Both the position numbers and the translations under genes were made by a program. A DNA stretch of 64,000 nucleotides from assembly GCA_963674745.2 (NCBI GenBank), contig CAXXDV010000001.1, positions 2,304,001 to 2,368,000 on the forward strand. Reading direction: 5' to 3'. Positions within the stretch are counted from its first letter, which is position 1; every line of letters starts with the position of its first letter. The notes under the pieces are model-generated. The model was not told where the DNA came from. It saw only the letters and a program-made list of their open reading frames with translations, and made no database searches. Of the stretch, positions 1-10,129 are shown in pieces. The stretch is from Desulfosudaceae bacterium. GTDB taxonomy: Bacteria > Desulfobacterota > Desulfobacteria > Desulfobacterales > Desulfosudaceae.

Positions 1-1722
1 ATCAAGACCGCTGAAAAAGGGTTCTTGATGTGGATTTTTTCTTCTGCCGGTGATTTGAAAATGGATATACTTTCTCAGGACATTGCCCGCCTGACTGCGC
101 ATTATCACGATAACGGCTATATTAATGCCAGGATCGGTGAACCCGAAATCGTTTACGGCCAGGCCCCGGCGGAAGAGGGTGAAAAAGAACCGGAAAAAGG
201 CATTTATATCAAGTTTAAAATTGAAGAGGGAGAGCAGTACAAGGTCGGAAGCATCGATCTGTCCGGAGACCTGATTGAGGATGAACAGTTTTTACGGGAC
301 AGGCTGCAGGTAACGGAGGATACGGTTTTTAATCGGTCCCAGTTGCGGATGGATTTAATGCGGCTCACCGATTTTTATTCGGATCGGGGGTATTACTATG
401 TCGATATTTATCCCAAAACCGACGTCAATGAAGAATCTCTGACGATTGACATCGATTATGTGATTACCAAAGGGGAGCTTGTTTTTTTTGATCAGATTAT
501 CATTACCGGCAACACCAAAACCCGCGACAAGGTAATCCGCAGGCAGTTGAGCTTTCATGAGCAGGAGCGTTACAGCGGACGAAAATTAAAATACGGCATC
601 AGCCGGTTATACCGGTTGAACTATTTTGAAAACGTGGGCGTAGATGTTGTTGAAAAGAAAGCGGAAAACAAGATTGATCTGAAAATAGACGTTGAGGAAA
701 AACCGACCGGCGAATTCTCTTTCGGCGGCGGCTACAGCAGCCAGGAGAAGTTTTTTGCTACCGCCTCTGTTTCCCAGTTTAACCTTTTCGGCCGCGGGCA
801 GACATTACAGGTGCAGGGCCAGATGGGGGGGACAACCAATCAGTTCAAGCTCAGTTTTACCGAACCCTGGCTTTTTGATATCCCCCTGTCGGCAGGCATA
901 GATTTTTATAACTGGGAAGTCGATTATGACACTTATACAATGGACACCACGGGCGGAGGACTGCGCTTCGGCTATCCTGTTTTCAGAGATACCCGTTTAT
1001 ACCTGTCCAACTCATATGAAGTCAACAGTATCCAAGATGTTTACCAGGATGCGCCTACTTCCATTCTCGACCTGCTGGACATAGATGAAGACCGTATTGT
1101 CACCAACAGCATTTCCATGTCTCTTGTTTATGATTCCCGCGACAACGTCATGAACCCGCGCAGAGGTGCTAAACATTCGCTTACCATCGAAAACGCCGGT
1201 GGCCTTCTCGGCGGTGACGTTGCCTTCACCAAATATACTTCCGAGTTGGGCTGGTATATACCGTTATTCTGGAAAACCGTCGGTTTTATTCATTCCAAAG
1301 GCGGTTATGTAAATGAAAATTCAGACGGCTATCTGCCGGACTATGAAAAATTTTATCTGGGAGGGATGAATTCGTTGCGGGGTTTTGACTGGCGCGATGT
1401 ATCCATATTGGAGTTTGATGAGGATGGCTTTCTGATCGACGAACGGGGGGGGGATAAGTTTGTCCAGCTTAATCTGGAGTTTCAGTTTCCCCTTTTTGGT
1501 GACGAACTCGGTCTGGTGGGTGTCATGTTCTATGATACCGGTAATGTGTTCGATAAAGGGGATAACATTGATTTAGGCGACTTAAGAAAAAGCTGGGGCT
1601 TCGGATTCAGATGGTATTCGCCCATGGGGCCGATCAGACTGGAGCGGGGGTATGTGCTTAATCCCGAGGAATGGGAAGACTCCGGCGGGAAATGGGAGTT
1701 CAGCATGGGAACCGCGTTTTAA
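1..1722 (+). CDS. bamA: Outer membrane protein assembly factor BamA (5' end lies outside the window)
   Basis: POTRA-like repeats (GNTKTRDKVIRR, EG..YKVGSI), conserved LRGF loop motif, C-terminal Phe; frame open from base 1; upstream of skp-lpxD. Confidence 0.97.
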   Translation: MKTAEKGFLMWIFSSAGDLKMDILSQDIARLTAHYHDNGYINARIGEPEIVYGQAPAEEGEKEPEKGIYIKFKIEEGEQYKVGSIDLSGDLIEDEQFLRDRLQVTEDTVFNRSQLRMDLMRLTDFYSDRGYYYVDIYPKTDVNEESLTIDIDYVITKGELVFFDQIIITGNTKTRDKVIRRQLSFHEQERYSGRKLKYGISRLYRLNYFENVGVDVVEKKAENKIDLKIDVEEKPTGEFSFGGGYSSQEKFFATASVSQFNLFGRGQTLQVQGQMGGTTNQFKLSFTEPWLFDIPLSAGIDFYNWEVDYDTYTMDTTGGGLRFGYPVFRDTRLYLSNSYEVNSIQDVYQDAPTSILDLLDIDEDRIVTNSISMSLVYDSRDNVMNPRRGAKHSLTIENAGGLLGGDVAFTKYTSELGWYIPLFWKTVGFIHSKGGYVNENSDGYLPDYEKFYLGGMNSLRGFDWRDVSILEFDEDGFLIDERGGDKFVQLNLEFQFPLFGDELGLVGVMFYDTGNVFDKGDNIDLGDLRKSWGFGFRWYSPMGPIRLERGYVLNPEEWEDSGGKWEFSMGTAF

Positions 1723-1745
1723 ACACCAAAAAAGGAGTTTAAGAA

Positions 1746-2285
1746 ATGAGACGAACGATTATTCAGATTGCTGGAATAGTGATTACGCTTTTAATCTGGG
1801 CGGGCGCCGGAATGGCGGCTGATGTCGCTAAAATTGGCGTGGTTGATTTTCAGCGGTTTCTGACGGAATCCAATATCGGGCAGGCAGCTCAGGAGGAGAT
1901 TGAGACCGAAGGCGCCCGAATGGAGAAAGACCTTAAAACCCAGGGAGAAGCCATAGCCGCCTTGGAAAAAAAGCTGGAAGCGGACGCCCTGGTGGTCAGT
2001 GAGGAGAAACGGGAGTCGCAACTTCGAGAATACAGGATAAAAATCGGTGATCTAAAAGCACTGCAACAGAAATATACGATGGCTTTGAAGAAAATGGAGC
2101 AGGAATTGATCGCCAGGGTTCAAAAAAAGGCTTCGACACTGGCTTCGGAACTGGGCGAAAAGGAAGGGTATCTTTTGTTGATCGAAAAGACGGCGGTCAT
2201 TTATCATCCGGCTGCCATTGATGTGACCGACGAGTTGATCCAATTCGCCAACGCAAAAGAGAACAAAACTGAAAATTCTCAATAA
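1746..2285 (+). CDS. skp: OmpH/Skp periplasmic chaperone
   Basis: Signal peptide, KIGVVDFQ start, coiled-coil body, DVTDELI end; canonical position between bamA and lpxD. Confidence 0.93.
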   Translation: MRRTIIQIAGIVITLLIWAGAGMAADVAKIGVVDFQRFLTESNIGQAAQEEIETEGARMEKDLKTQGEAIAALEKKLEADALVVSEEKRESQLREYRIKIGDLKALQQKYTMALKKMEQELIARVQKKASTLASELGEKEGYLLLIEKTAVIYHPAAIDVTDELIQFANAKENKTENSQ

Positions 2286-2335
2286 GCCTAATGGCCAGAG
2301 GCAAGCAGAGGTAAAGGCTGAAAAGGCGTGGAAAA

Positions 2336-3373
2336 ATGAAATTACCGCTTAAGGAAATAGCCGCCATGGTGGGCGGTATGGTCCGGGGCAATCCCGATCA
2401 TGGGATTTCCGGTGTGGCGCCTTTCGAACGTGCCGGAGAGGAAGATATCACGCTGGCCGGCAGCGCGACATACTGGAATGATCTGGATCGTACGACCGCC
2501 GGCGCCTTGATCGTACCCCAGGGGGTTGACTGCGGCGGTAGAAACGCAATCGAAACCGATAACCCGCAGGCGGCTTTTACCAAACTGATCAATGCCTTTG
2601 CCGCAAAAAAGAGACCCGGTTGCGGGATCGCCCAGCAGGCATGTATCGGCCGCAATTTTTCCTGCGGGCAGGCTGTACATATATCCCCGGGGGTTGTTAT
2701 CGCCGATGACGTAACGCTGGGAGACCATGTTGTTATCTACCCGGGCGTTTTTATCGGGGAAGGCGTGACCATCGGCAGCGAAGTCGATATTCATGCCAAT
2801 GCTTCTGTCATGTGGGGCTGCGTAATCGGTGACAGGGTTATTATTCAGGCCGGTACGGTGATCGGCAGCGATGGCTTCGGCTATAAACGGGACGGTGATC
2901 AATATCTCAAGATGACGCATACCGGTATTGTTCAGATCGATGATGACGTTGAGATCGGGGCCAACAATACCATTGACCGCGGCACGTTTGATAAAACCTG
3001 GATAAAATCCGGGGTTAAAACCGACAACCTGGTGCATATCGCACACAATGTTTCGGTCGGTGAGAACACGATCATTGTGGCCCAGTCAGCCATTGCCGGC
3101 AGTGTTGTCATCGGCAGGAATGTCGTAATCGCCGGGCAGGCCGGTATCAGTGATCATCTTGAGATCGGTGACTTTGCCATTATCGGCCCCCAGGCCGGTA
3201 TTGCCAAGTCCGTTGGGGCTGGAGATGTCGTTTCCGGCACGCCGGGAATGCCCCACAAGCTGTGGCTGAAAACCCATAGCCTGATCACCCGGTTGCCCGC
3301 GATTAATAAGAAAATAAAATACCTGGAGAAAAAGGTGACCGAACTGGTGACCGGGTTGGAGAAAAATGAATGA
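2336..3373 (+). CDS. lpxD: UDP-3-O-(3-hydroxyacyl)glucosamine N-acyltransferase
   Basis: Hexapeptide repeats; IGSDGFGY, DDVEIGANNTIDRG and DNLVHIAHNV motifs. Confidence 0.97.
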   Translation: MKLPLKEIAAMVGGMVRGNPDHGISGVAPFERAGEEDITLAGSATYWNDLDRTTAGALIVPQGVDCGGRNAIETDNPQAAFTKLINAFAAKKRPGCGIAQQACIGRNFSCGQAVHISPGVVIADDVTLGDHVVIYPGVFIGEGVTIGSEVDIHANASVMWGCVIGDRVIIQAGTVIGSDGFGYKRDGDQYLKMTHTGIVQIDDDVEIGANNTIDRGTFDKTWIKSGVKTDNLVHIAHNVSVGENTIIVAQSAIAGSVVIGRNVVIAGQAGISDHLEIGDFAIIGPQAGIAKSVGAGDVVSGTPGMPHKLWLKTHSLITRLPAINKKIKYLEKKVTELVTGLEKNE

Positions 3374-3824
3374 GATGAGAATTGATATCAATAAGATCAT
3401 CTCGGTGCTGCCCCAGCGATACCCTTTTATTATGATAGACCGGGTGATCGACTATGTTCCGGATCAAGAGATAACCGCCGTGAAGAACGTTTCTGCCAGT
3501 GACCCCTGGATGGCCGGACATTTTCCGGACAATCCCGTTATGCCCGGGGTCCTGATTCTCGAGGCCATGTGTCAGGCCGGCGGTGTGCTGGTCAATCTGT
3601 CCAATGAAAAAGCAGCAAGATACCTGGCCGGGATGGATAAAGTAAGGTTCAGAAAAAGGGTCATCCCCGGTGACCAGCTGGTCATCCACGGAAAGGTCCT
3701 GAAAAGAAAGTTGAACATGATTAAAATGGAAGTGTCCGCCACGGTTGACGGAACGCTGGTCGCGAAAGCACAGATTATGGCCAGCACAGGAGATGAAAAT
3801 GATACATCCGACAGCGATAATTGA
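3366..3824 (+). CDS. fabZ: 3-hydroxyacyl-ACP dehydratase
   Basis: RYPF..IDRV, GHFP..PVMPGVLILEAMCQ and VIPGDQL motifs; lpxD-fabZ-lpxA synteny. Confidence 0.95.
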   Translation: MNEMRIDINKIISVLPQRYPFIMIDRVIDYVPDQEITAVKNVSASDPWMAGHFPDNPVMPGVLILEAMCQAGGVLVNLSNEKAARYLAGMDKVRFRKRVIPGDQLVIHGKVLKRKLNMIKMEVSATVDGTLVAKAQIMASTGDENDTSDSDN

Positions 3825-4569
3825 TTCCAGTGCTCAAATAGCGTCAGACGTGGAGGTCGGACCCTACGCCATTATTGCCAATGATGTCGTCATCGAGGCG
3901 GGCACGAAAATCGGTCCCCACGTGGTGATTGATGCCTACACCAGTATCGGTCCGGAATGCCGGGTCTATCAGTTCGCCTCAATCGGCGCGCCACCTCAGT
4001 CGGTCAAGTATGCAGGCGAAAAAACAGAGGTGAAAATCGGTCGGGGCTGCGCCGTTCGGGAGTTCGTTACCATTCACCGGGGAACCAAGTCCGGTGGCGG
4101 TGTAACGGAAATCGGCGAGGACTGTATGCTGATGGCCTATACCCATATCGCCCATGACTGCCGGATAGGGAACCGGGTACTGTTTGCCAATAACGCTACC
4201 CTGGCCGGACATATTTCAGTCGGGAATAACGCCACCATCGGGGGGCTGGTTGCCATTCATCAGTTCGTTAATATCGGGAGCCACGCCTTTATCGGCGGTA
4301 AGTCGGCAGTCGTTAAAGATGTGCCCCCCTACGTAATCGCCGCCGGGGACCGGGCCAGACTTTATGGTTTGAATACAGTCGGGCTGAAGCGGAATAATTT
4401 TTCCCAGGAAACCCTTTTGTCTCTGAAAAAAGCCTACCGGATTATTTTTAGAATCGGCCTGACCTTAAATGAAGCCATTGAAAGGGCTTATGCCGAAGTT
4501 GAGCAGACCCCTGAAGTGGAGACTTTTTTGGCGTTTATTAAATCCTCCCGTCGCGGCATCACACGCTAA
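3799..4569 (+). CDS. lpxA: Acyl-ACP--UDP-N-acetylglucosamine O-acyltransferase
   Basis: MIHPTAII start with AGGAG 6 nt upstream; REFVTIHRGT, HIAHDC, HQF and DVPPY motifs. Confidence 0.97.
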   Translation: MIHPTAIIDSSAQIASDVEVGPYAIIANDVVIEAGTKIGPHVVIDAYTSIGPECRVYQFASIGAPPQSVKYAGEKTEVKIGRGCAVREFVTIHRGTKSGGGVTEIGEDCMLMAYTHIAHDCRIGNRVLFANNATLAGHISVGNNATIGGLVAIHQFVNIGSHAFIGGKSAVVKDVPPYVIAAGDRARLYGLNTVGLKRNNFSQETLLSLKKAYRIIFRIGLTLNEAIERAYAEVEQTPEVETFLAFIKSSRRGITR

Positions 4570-4606
4570 ACGGTTTTTGCCGGCGGCCGGGTAAAATGGT
4601 TACAAG

Positions 4607-5437
4607 ATGAAAATTGGACTGATCGCGGGCGGGGGCAGCTTTCCGCTGGAATTCGCCGATGCCGCCCGAAAAAACGGCAAACAGGTCTTCACCGTCGCCT
4701 ATCACGGCGCGGCCGACCCCGACATCGGGCATCGGGTGCATGCCGTCGAGTGGCTCTATGTGGGGGAGATTGAAAAGCTGATCCGGTTTTTTAAGGAAAA
4801 TGATGTCAGGGAAACCGTTATGATGGGTGGTGTCGACAAGCGCGTCATGTTTTCAGATTTCAGACCGGATGAGACCGCTTTAACCCTGATTGCCGGACTG
4901 ACCGAAACACATGACGATGCATTGCTGAGAGGTTTCGCGGCGGTTCTGGAAGAAAACCATATCGCGGTCCGCGCCTCCACATTCTTGCTGCCGGAACTGC
5001 TTGCGCCGGAAGGTTGCTGGACGAAAACCGCTCCGGACGAAGCCCAGCAGTCGGATATCGCTATCGGCTGGAAAACGGCCAAGGCCATCGGCGACCTGGA
5101 TATCGGGCAATGCGTGGTGGTGGAAAAAGGGTCGGTCCTGGCCGTGGAAGCCATTGACGGCACGGATGCCACTATCAAAAGAGGAGGCGGACTGGGCGGT
5201 GGTCAGGCTGTGCTGGTAAAGGTCAGCAAACCGAATCAGGATATGCGCTTTGATGTCCCTTCAGTCGGTCCGGCCACGATTCAAACCATGCACGAGGCAG
5301 GGGTCAGGGTTCTGGCCATGGAGACCGGAAAAACCGTCGTTTTCGACAGGGAAAAAATGATTGCCATGTCAAACGATTATAACATAGCCATTGTCGGGTT
5401 GAGTGAGGAACAATGTCAGAGCTTCGCGTCGGCGTAA
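4607..5437 (+). CDS. lpxI: UDP-2,3-diacylglucosamine diphosphatase LpxI
   Basis: GLIAGGG.FP, DIGQ.VVV, AVEAIDGTD and KP.QDMRFDVP motifs; lies between lpxA and lpxB. Confidence 0.93.
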   Translation: MKIGLIAGGGSFPLEFADAARKNGKQVFTVAYHGAADPDIGHRVHAVEWLYVGEIEKLIRFFKENDVRETVMMGGVDKRVMFSDFRPDETALTLIAGLTETHDDALLRGFAAVLEENHIAVRASTFLLPELLAPEGCWTKTAPDEAQQSDIAIGWKTAKAIGDLDIGQCVVVEKGSVLAVEAIDGTDATIKRGGGLGGGQAVLVKVSKPNQDMRFDVPSVGPATIQTMHEAGVRVLAMETGKTVVFDREKMIAMSNDYNIAIVGLSEEQCQSFASA

Positions 5438-6369
5438 TCGGGTCCGGATATCTGGGAAAATTTCACGCTGAAAAATATGCTGCCATGGATGGTGTGACCT
5501 TGGCCGGTGTGGTTGATGTTGATGCCGTCGCCGCCGGAGCGGTGGCAGACCGTTTGGGGTCGACCGCCTATACGGATTACAAGGATCTGTTCGGCCGGGT
5601 GGACGCGGTCAGTATTGTCGTGCCTACGCCGGCGCACTGTCCGATCGCGTTGGCTTTTCTGGAAAACGGTGTTGATGTTATGGTGGAAAAGCCCATGACC
5701 ACCACCCTGGAAGAAGCTGACCGGTTGATCGAGCTGGCTGAGAAAAAAGATCGCATTATTCAGGTCGGGCATCTGGAACGGTTCAATCCTGCTGTTCACC
5801 CGCTTAAGAACATCGTTGATCGGCCCCTTTTTATCGAATCTCATCGGTTGAGCATTTATAAAACCCGGGGTACGGATGTCAGCGTGGTGCTGGACCTGAT
5901 GATTCACGATATCGATCTTATCTTGAATTTTGTAAAGTCCGAGATAACCGATATCCGAGCGGCCGGCGTATCCATCATTTCAGACAGCGTGGACATCGCC
6001 AATGCCCGGCTCGAGTTTGAGAGCGGTTGTGTGGCCAATATTACCGCCAGCCGGGTCTCCAACCGCAGTGAACGAAAAATCCGATTGTTTCAGAAGAGCG
6101 CATACATATCTGTCGATTTTGCCGACAGCGGTATCACGGTGGTGAAAAAGGGTGATGCCGACAACGGCAGTGGACCCATCCCGGGCATGAACGCGCAGCA
6201 GCTTTCTTTTGAAAAATGGGATGCCCTGGAACAGGAACTCAAAGCCTTTGTCGATTGTGTCCGGCACCGCAAGCGCCCCCAAGTCTCAGGTCACGAGGGA
6301 CGCAAAGCCCTCCAGACGGCTCTGGCCGTGATGGAACGGATAAACCAGACGGGAAAGCGATTTGAATAA
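5413..6369 (+). CDS. Gfo/Idh/MocA oxidoreductase, GnnA-like (putative UDP-GlcNAc 3-dehydrogenase)
   Basis: GVIGSGYLG Rossmann motif, VEKPM, VGHLERFNPA, DLMIHDID; embedded in the lpx operon. Confidence 0.85.
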   Translation: MSELRVGVIGSGYLGKFHAEKYAAMDGVTLAGVVDVDAVAAGAVADRLGSTAYTDYKDLFGRVDAVSIVVPTPAHCPIALAFLENGVDVMVEKPMTTTLEEADRLIELAEKKDRIIQVGHLERFNPAVHPLKNIVDRPLFIESHRLSIYKTRGTDVSVVLDLMIHDIDLILNFVKSEITDIRAAGVSIISDSVDIANARLEFESGCVANITASRVSNRSERKIRLFQKSAYISVDFADSGITVVKKGDADNGSGPIPGMNAQQLSFEKWDALEQELKAFVDCVRHRKRPQVSGHEGRKALQTALAVMERINQTGKRFE

Positions 6370-7528
6370 TCAACTTCCAACCAAACCGGTGCCTCCCGCC
6401 AGATGCGTCATGATATCGGCGGGTGAAGCTTCCGGTGATTTGCATGCCGCCAATTTGATCCGAAGTATGCGCAAAAAATGGAGCGATCTTTTTTTCTGCG
6501 GCATCGGCGGCGCGGCCATGCGCCAGGCCGGGGCCAAGATTGTCGTGGACGCCGATCAGCTGTCCGTGGTCGGTATTACAGAAGTTCTGGCCCGGTTGCC
6601 GGCCATTTTAAATGGACTGGATGCCGCCAAAAAAGTGCTTATTTCCCGCCTGCCCGACCTCCTTATTTTGATCGACTTTCCGGATTTTAATTTCAAGCTG
6701 GCCGCTGTTGCCAAACAGCAGGGGATCCCGGTTTTTTATTATATCACACCCCAGGTATGGGCCTGGCGTCAGCGGCGGATTCACACCATCAAGCGGCTGG
6801 TTGACCGGGCCGCGGTCATTCTTCCTTTTGAAGAGGATTTTTTCAGACAGCATGGTGTTCCGGTTTCCTTTGTGGGCCATCCCTTGCTGGATTCAGGATA
6901 CGAAAATCTGCCGGTGCCTGCTGAGCATTCACCGCAACTAAACGCGCCCGTTGTCGGTTTTCTGCCCGGTTCCCGCACCCGCGAAATCAGGAAACTGCTG
7001 CCGGTCATGCTGAACGCGGCCATGGCCATCAGCCGTCAGCATGATCAGGTCCGGTTTCTGGTGTCCAAAGCGCCGTCTGTTTCCCCTGACGTGTTTGACC
7101 GGATTGCCGGGCAATTTTCCGGCCGGGTAAATTTTGAGATCGTGACCGAAAAGGTGGACGTTATTTTAAACCAGGCCACCCTGGTGGTGGCGGCCTCGGG
7201 AACGGTTGCCCTGGAGGCGGCCCTGACCGCTACGCCCATGATCGTGGTTTATAAAGTATCGGCCTTGAGTTACTGGCTGGGCAAGCTGCTGGTTCGCTTG
7301 CAGCATGTCAGCCTGGTCAACCTGATTGCGGGCAAAGAGGTCATCTCCGAACTGCTGCAGGGCGACGCCACGCCTGAAACTATTGTTGCGCATGTGTCGG
7401 CATTGTTAAATGACCCTGACAAATTACAGCAGGTCCGAACTGAGTTGCTGGACGTGCGCCGGAAACTGGGCGGTGGCGGGGCTTCCGACCGGGCGGCCGG
7501 GATTGCCCTTGAGATGCTGGAATCATGA
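6362..7528 (+). CDS. lpxB: Lipid A disaccharide synthase
   Basis: AGEASGDLH, IDFPDFN, PQVWAWR, FVGHPL, LPGSR..E and SGT..LE motifs. Confidence 0.97.
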   Translation: MNNQLPTKPVPPARCVMISAGEASGDLHAANLIRSMRKKWSDLFFCGIGGAAMRQAGAKIVVDADQLSVVGITEVLARLPAILNGLDAAKKVLISRLPDLLILIDFPDFNFKLAAVAKQQGIPVFYYITPQVWAWRQRRIHTIKRLVDRAAVILPFEEDFFRQHGVPVSFVGHPLLDSGYENLPVPAEHSPQLNAPVVGFLPGSRTREIRKLLPVMLNAAMAISRQHDQVRFLVSKAPSVSPDVFDRIAGQFSGRVNFEIVTEKVDVILNQATLVVAASGTVALEAALTATPMIVVYKVSALSYWLGKLLVRLQHVSLVNLIAGKEVISELLQGDATPETIVAHVSALLNDPDKLQQVRTELLDVRRKLGGGGASDRAAGIALEMLES

Positions 7529-7676
7529 TCGAAGGGTGCTCATAAAGGTTTTTTTCGGAGGTTGATTCCATATTTAATTTGGGGATACATATGGGGTGTC
7601 AGGCATCCCAAAGGGCACACGGTGTGAACAGAAATGGATTTTCTCAACGCAGCAGGGCTAAAAGGATAATTTTTTA

Positions 7677-9422
7677 GTGGCACTATTTAAAATAGAGAAT
7701 CGTTACCGGAACCTGCTGGGTTATATCAAGGACAACCGGTTCAGGCTTTACGGGGCCATGTTTTGCATGCTGATTACGTCCGTAAGCACGGCCGCTACCG
7801 CCTATCTGGTCAGACCGGTGATTGACAAGATATTTGTGGCCCATGATGCGTCCATGCTGAAACTGATCCCCCTGGCGGTGATTGCTGTGGCATTTCTTCA
7901 GGGGCTGGGCATGTACGGTCAGGAGGTTCTGCTGATTCGCGTGGCCCAGGGGATTATCAAGGAGTTCCGGGACAGGCTTTACGCCAGGATCACCACCCTG
8001 CCGCTGGCTTTTTTCCATGAGAAAAAGACCGGGGTGCTTATGTCCCGGATCACCAATGACATTCAACTGATCAAGTCGGTGGTGGCCCATGCCATTACCT
8101 ATCTTGTCCGGGACGTGTTCACCCTGATCGGCCTTTTGTGCGTGACTTTCTACCAGATATGGCAACTGGCTTTTGTGGCCTTTGTGGTCCTGCCGTTGCT
8201 TTATTATCCCATCGCCGCCATCGGCCGAAAGGTAAGGCGCATATCCCGGCGTTCCCAGACGCGGGTCGGAGATATCAATTCCTTTCTTCATGAGACCTTT
8301 GTGGGCAACAAGATCATCAAGGCCTTCGGCCGGGAAGAATATGAAATCGATCGATTTTATGAAAAATCCGCCGCTCTCTTTGATATTGAAATGAAAAATA
8401 TCAAGACCAAGGCCCTGACCTCACCGATTGTGCAGGTCCTGTCCGGCCTGGGGGTGGCCTTGGTGATCTGGTTCGGCGGTTCCCAGGTGATGAGCGGTGT
8501 TTATACCTCCGGACAGTTTCTTTCTTTTCTGGCAGCGGTCATGCTCATGTACGCGCCGTTAAAACGACTGTCCAGCCTTAACGCCCAGGTCCAGCAGGGC
8601 ATGGCGGCGGTTGACCGGGTGTATGAAATTCTCGAGGTGCAATCGGATATTGTCGAAGCCCCGGACGCGGTTGAAATTAAAGGCAGGCATCACCGGGTGA
8701 CCTTTGATAAAGTGGATTTTTCTTATAATGGCCAGGAGCAGGTTCTGACCAATATCGACCTTGATGTGGCGCCGGGTGAAGTGATTGCCATTGTCGGTGC
8801 CAGCGGCGGCGGCAAGACCACCCTGGTCAACCTGATTCCCCGTTTTTACGACGTTTCATCCGGCGCGGTCCTGGTCGACGGGCTGGATATCCGCCAAGCA
8901 ACCATCGCCTCGTTGCGGAAACAGATTGCCATTGTGACCCAGGAGCCGATTTTGTTCAACGACACCATTCGTGCCAATATTGCTTACGGCAACCCGGATG
9001 CTTCAGAAGAGGATATCATCCGGGCGGCCAAAGATTCCTATACGTATGATTTCGCAATGCGTTTTCCCGAGCAGCTGGATACGGTCATCGGGGAGCTGGG
9101 CGCGAGGCTTTCCGGGGGACAGAAACAGCGGTTGTGTATCGCCCGCGCCCTGATCAAGGATGCGCCGATTCTGATACTGGACGAGGCCACGTCTTCGCTT
9201 GATACCGAAGCCGAGGCCATTGTTCAGAAAGCCCTGGCCAATCTGATGAAAGGCCGGACGACATTCGTTATCGCCCATCGGCTTTCGACGGTCAGCCACG
9301 CCGATCGGGTGATCGTGATTTCAAACGGGAAAATATCCGAGCAGGGCAAACACGACGAACTTTTGGCCCTGGGAGGGGATTACTACCGCTTATGCCAGAT
9401 GCAGTTTAAAAACGGCGGCTGA
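7677..9422 (+). CDS. msbA: Lipid A/core flippase ABC transporter
   Basis: TM domain plus NBD (GASGGGKTT, LSGGQKQR, ILDEATS, IAHRLST); directly after lpxB. Confidence 0.9.
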   Translation: MALFKIENRYRNLLGYIKDNRFRLYGAMFCMLITSVSTAATAYLVRPVIDKIFVAHDASMLKLIPLAVIAVAFLQGLGMYGQEVLLIRVAQGIIKEFRDRLYARITTLPLAFFHEKKTGVLMSRITNDIQLIKSVVAHAITYLVRDVFTLIGLLCVTFYQIWQLAFVAFVVLPLLYYPIAAIGRKVRRISRRSQTRVGDINSFLHETFVGNKIIKAFGREEYEIDRFYEKSAALFDIEMKNIKTKALTSPIVQVLSGLGVALVIWFGGSQVMSGVYTSGQFLSFLAAVMLMYAPLKRLSSLNAQVQQGMAAVDRVYEILEVQSDIVEAPDAVEIKGRHHRVTFDKVDFSYNGQEQVLTNIDLDVAPGEVIAIVGASGGGKTTLVNLIPRFYDVSSGAVLVDGLDIRQATIASLRKQIAIVTQEPILFNDTIRANIAYGNPDASEEDIIRAAKDSYTYDFAMRFPEQLDTVIGELGARLSGGQKQRLCIARALIKDAPILILDEATSSLDTEAEAIVQKALANLMKGRTTFVIAHRLSTVSHADRVIVISNGKISEQGKHDELLALGGDYYRLCQMQFKNGG

Positions 9423-9436
9423 TCTTCCCTGATTTA

Positions 9437-10087
9437 TCAGACAATCACCATCCGTTTAACGGCTTTAACGACTTCTTCAGGGTCATCTATCACCTGGAGG
9501 ATATCGATGTCATTGGGTGATATTCGTTTCTCGTCGAGGAGTTGTTCTTTTATCCAGTCGATCAGCCCGGACCAGTAATCCGTTCCCACCAGAATCACCG
9601 GCAGCGGTTTAATCCGCCTTGTCTGGATCAGGGTCACGGCCTCAAATAATTCATCAAGGGTGCCGAATCCGCCGGGCATGATGATGTAGGCCTGGGCGTA
9701 TTTTATGAACATGACCTTGCGGATAAAAAAATATTCAAACTCCTGCGTGATATTGGCAAAAGCATTGGGCTTTTGCTCAAAAGGCAGGACGATATTCAAA
9801 CCGACTGATCGGCCGTTTTTTTCCGCGGCCCCTTTGTTGGCCGCCTCCATGACGCCGCCGCCGCCGCCGGTGATTACGGCAAATCCGTTTTGCACGAAAA
9901 GGCCGGCAATTTCTTCCGTAGTTTTGTAGACCGGGGAATCCGGTTGTATGCGGGCGGACCCGAAGATGCTGACTGCCGGTCCGATATCATGAAGCGCCTC
10001 GACACCGTCAACAAACTCGCCCATAATTTTGAATATCCGCCAACTCTCCTCCAGCTTGAAGTCATCAATTAAAAACTGCCTTTTCAT
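9437..10087 (-). CDS. LOG family (TIGR00730-type Rossmann fold) nucleotide phosphoribohydrolase
   Basis: FGSAR, TGGG.GVMEAAN, FFIRK and PGGFGTLDE motifs. Confidence 0.93.
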   Translation of the reverse strand: MKRQFLIDDFKLEESWRIFKIMGEFVDGVEALHDIGPAVSIFGSARIQPDSPVYKTTEEIAGLFVQNGFAVITGGGGGVMEAANKGAAEKNGRSVGLNIVLPFEQKPNAFANITQEFEYFFIRKVMFIKYAQAYIIMPGGFGTLDELFEAVTLIQTRRIKPLPVILVGTDYWSGLIDWIKEQLLDEKRISPNDIDILQVIDDPEEVVKAVKRMVIV

Positions 10088-10129
10088 TTTGTCCTTTCCT
10101 ATAATTTTCTCGGCTCCCGGTCGAAAAGG

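Noticed and set aside
1445..1453. G9 tract in bamA as a phase-variation site
   Set aside because: It encodes Arg-Gly-Gly in a conserved part of an essential gene, where ON/OFF switching is implausible
3366..3824. FabZ LPQRYPF instead of LPHRYPF as an inactivating change
   Set aside because: The catalytic His (GHFP) and Glu (ILEA) are retained
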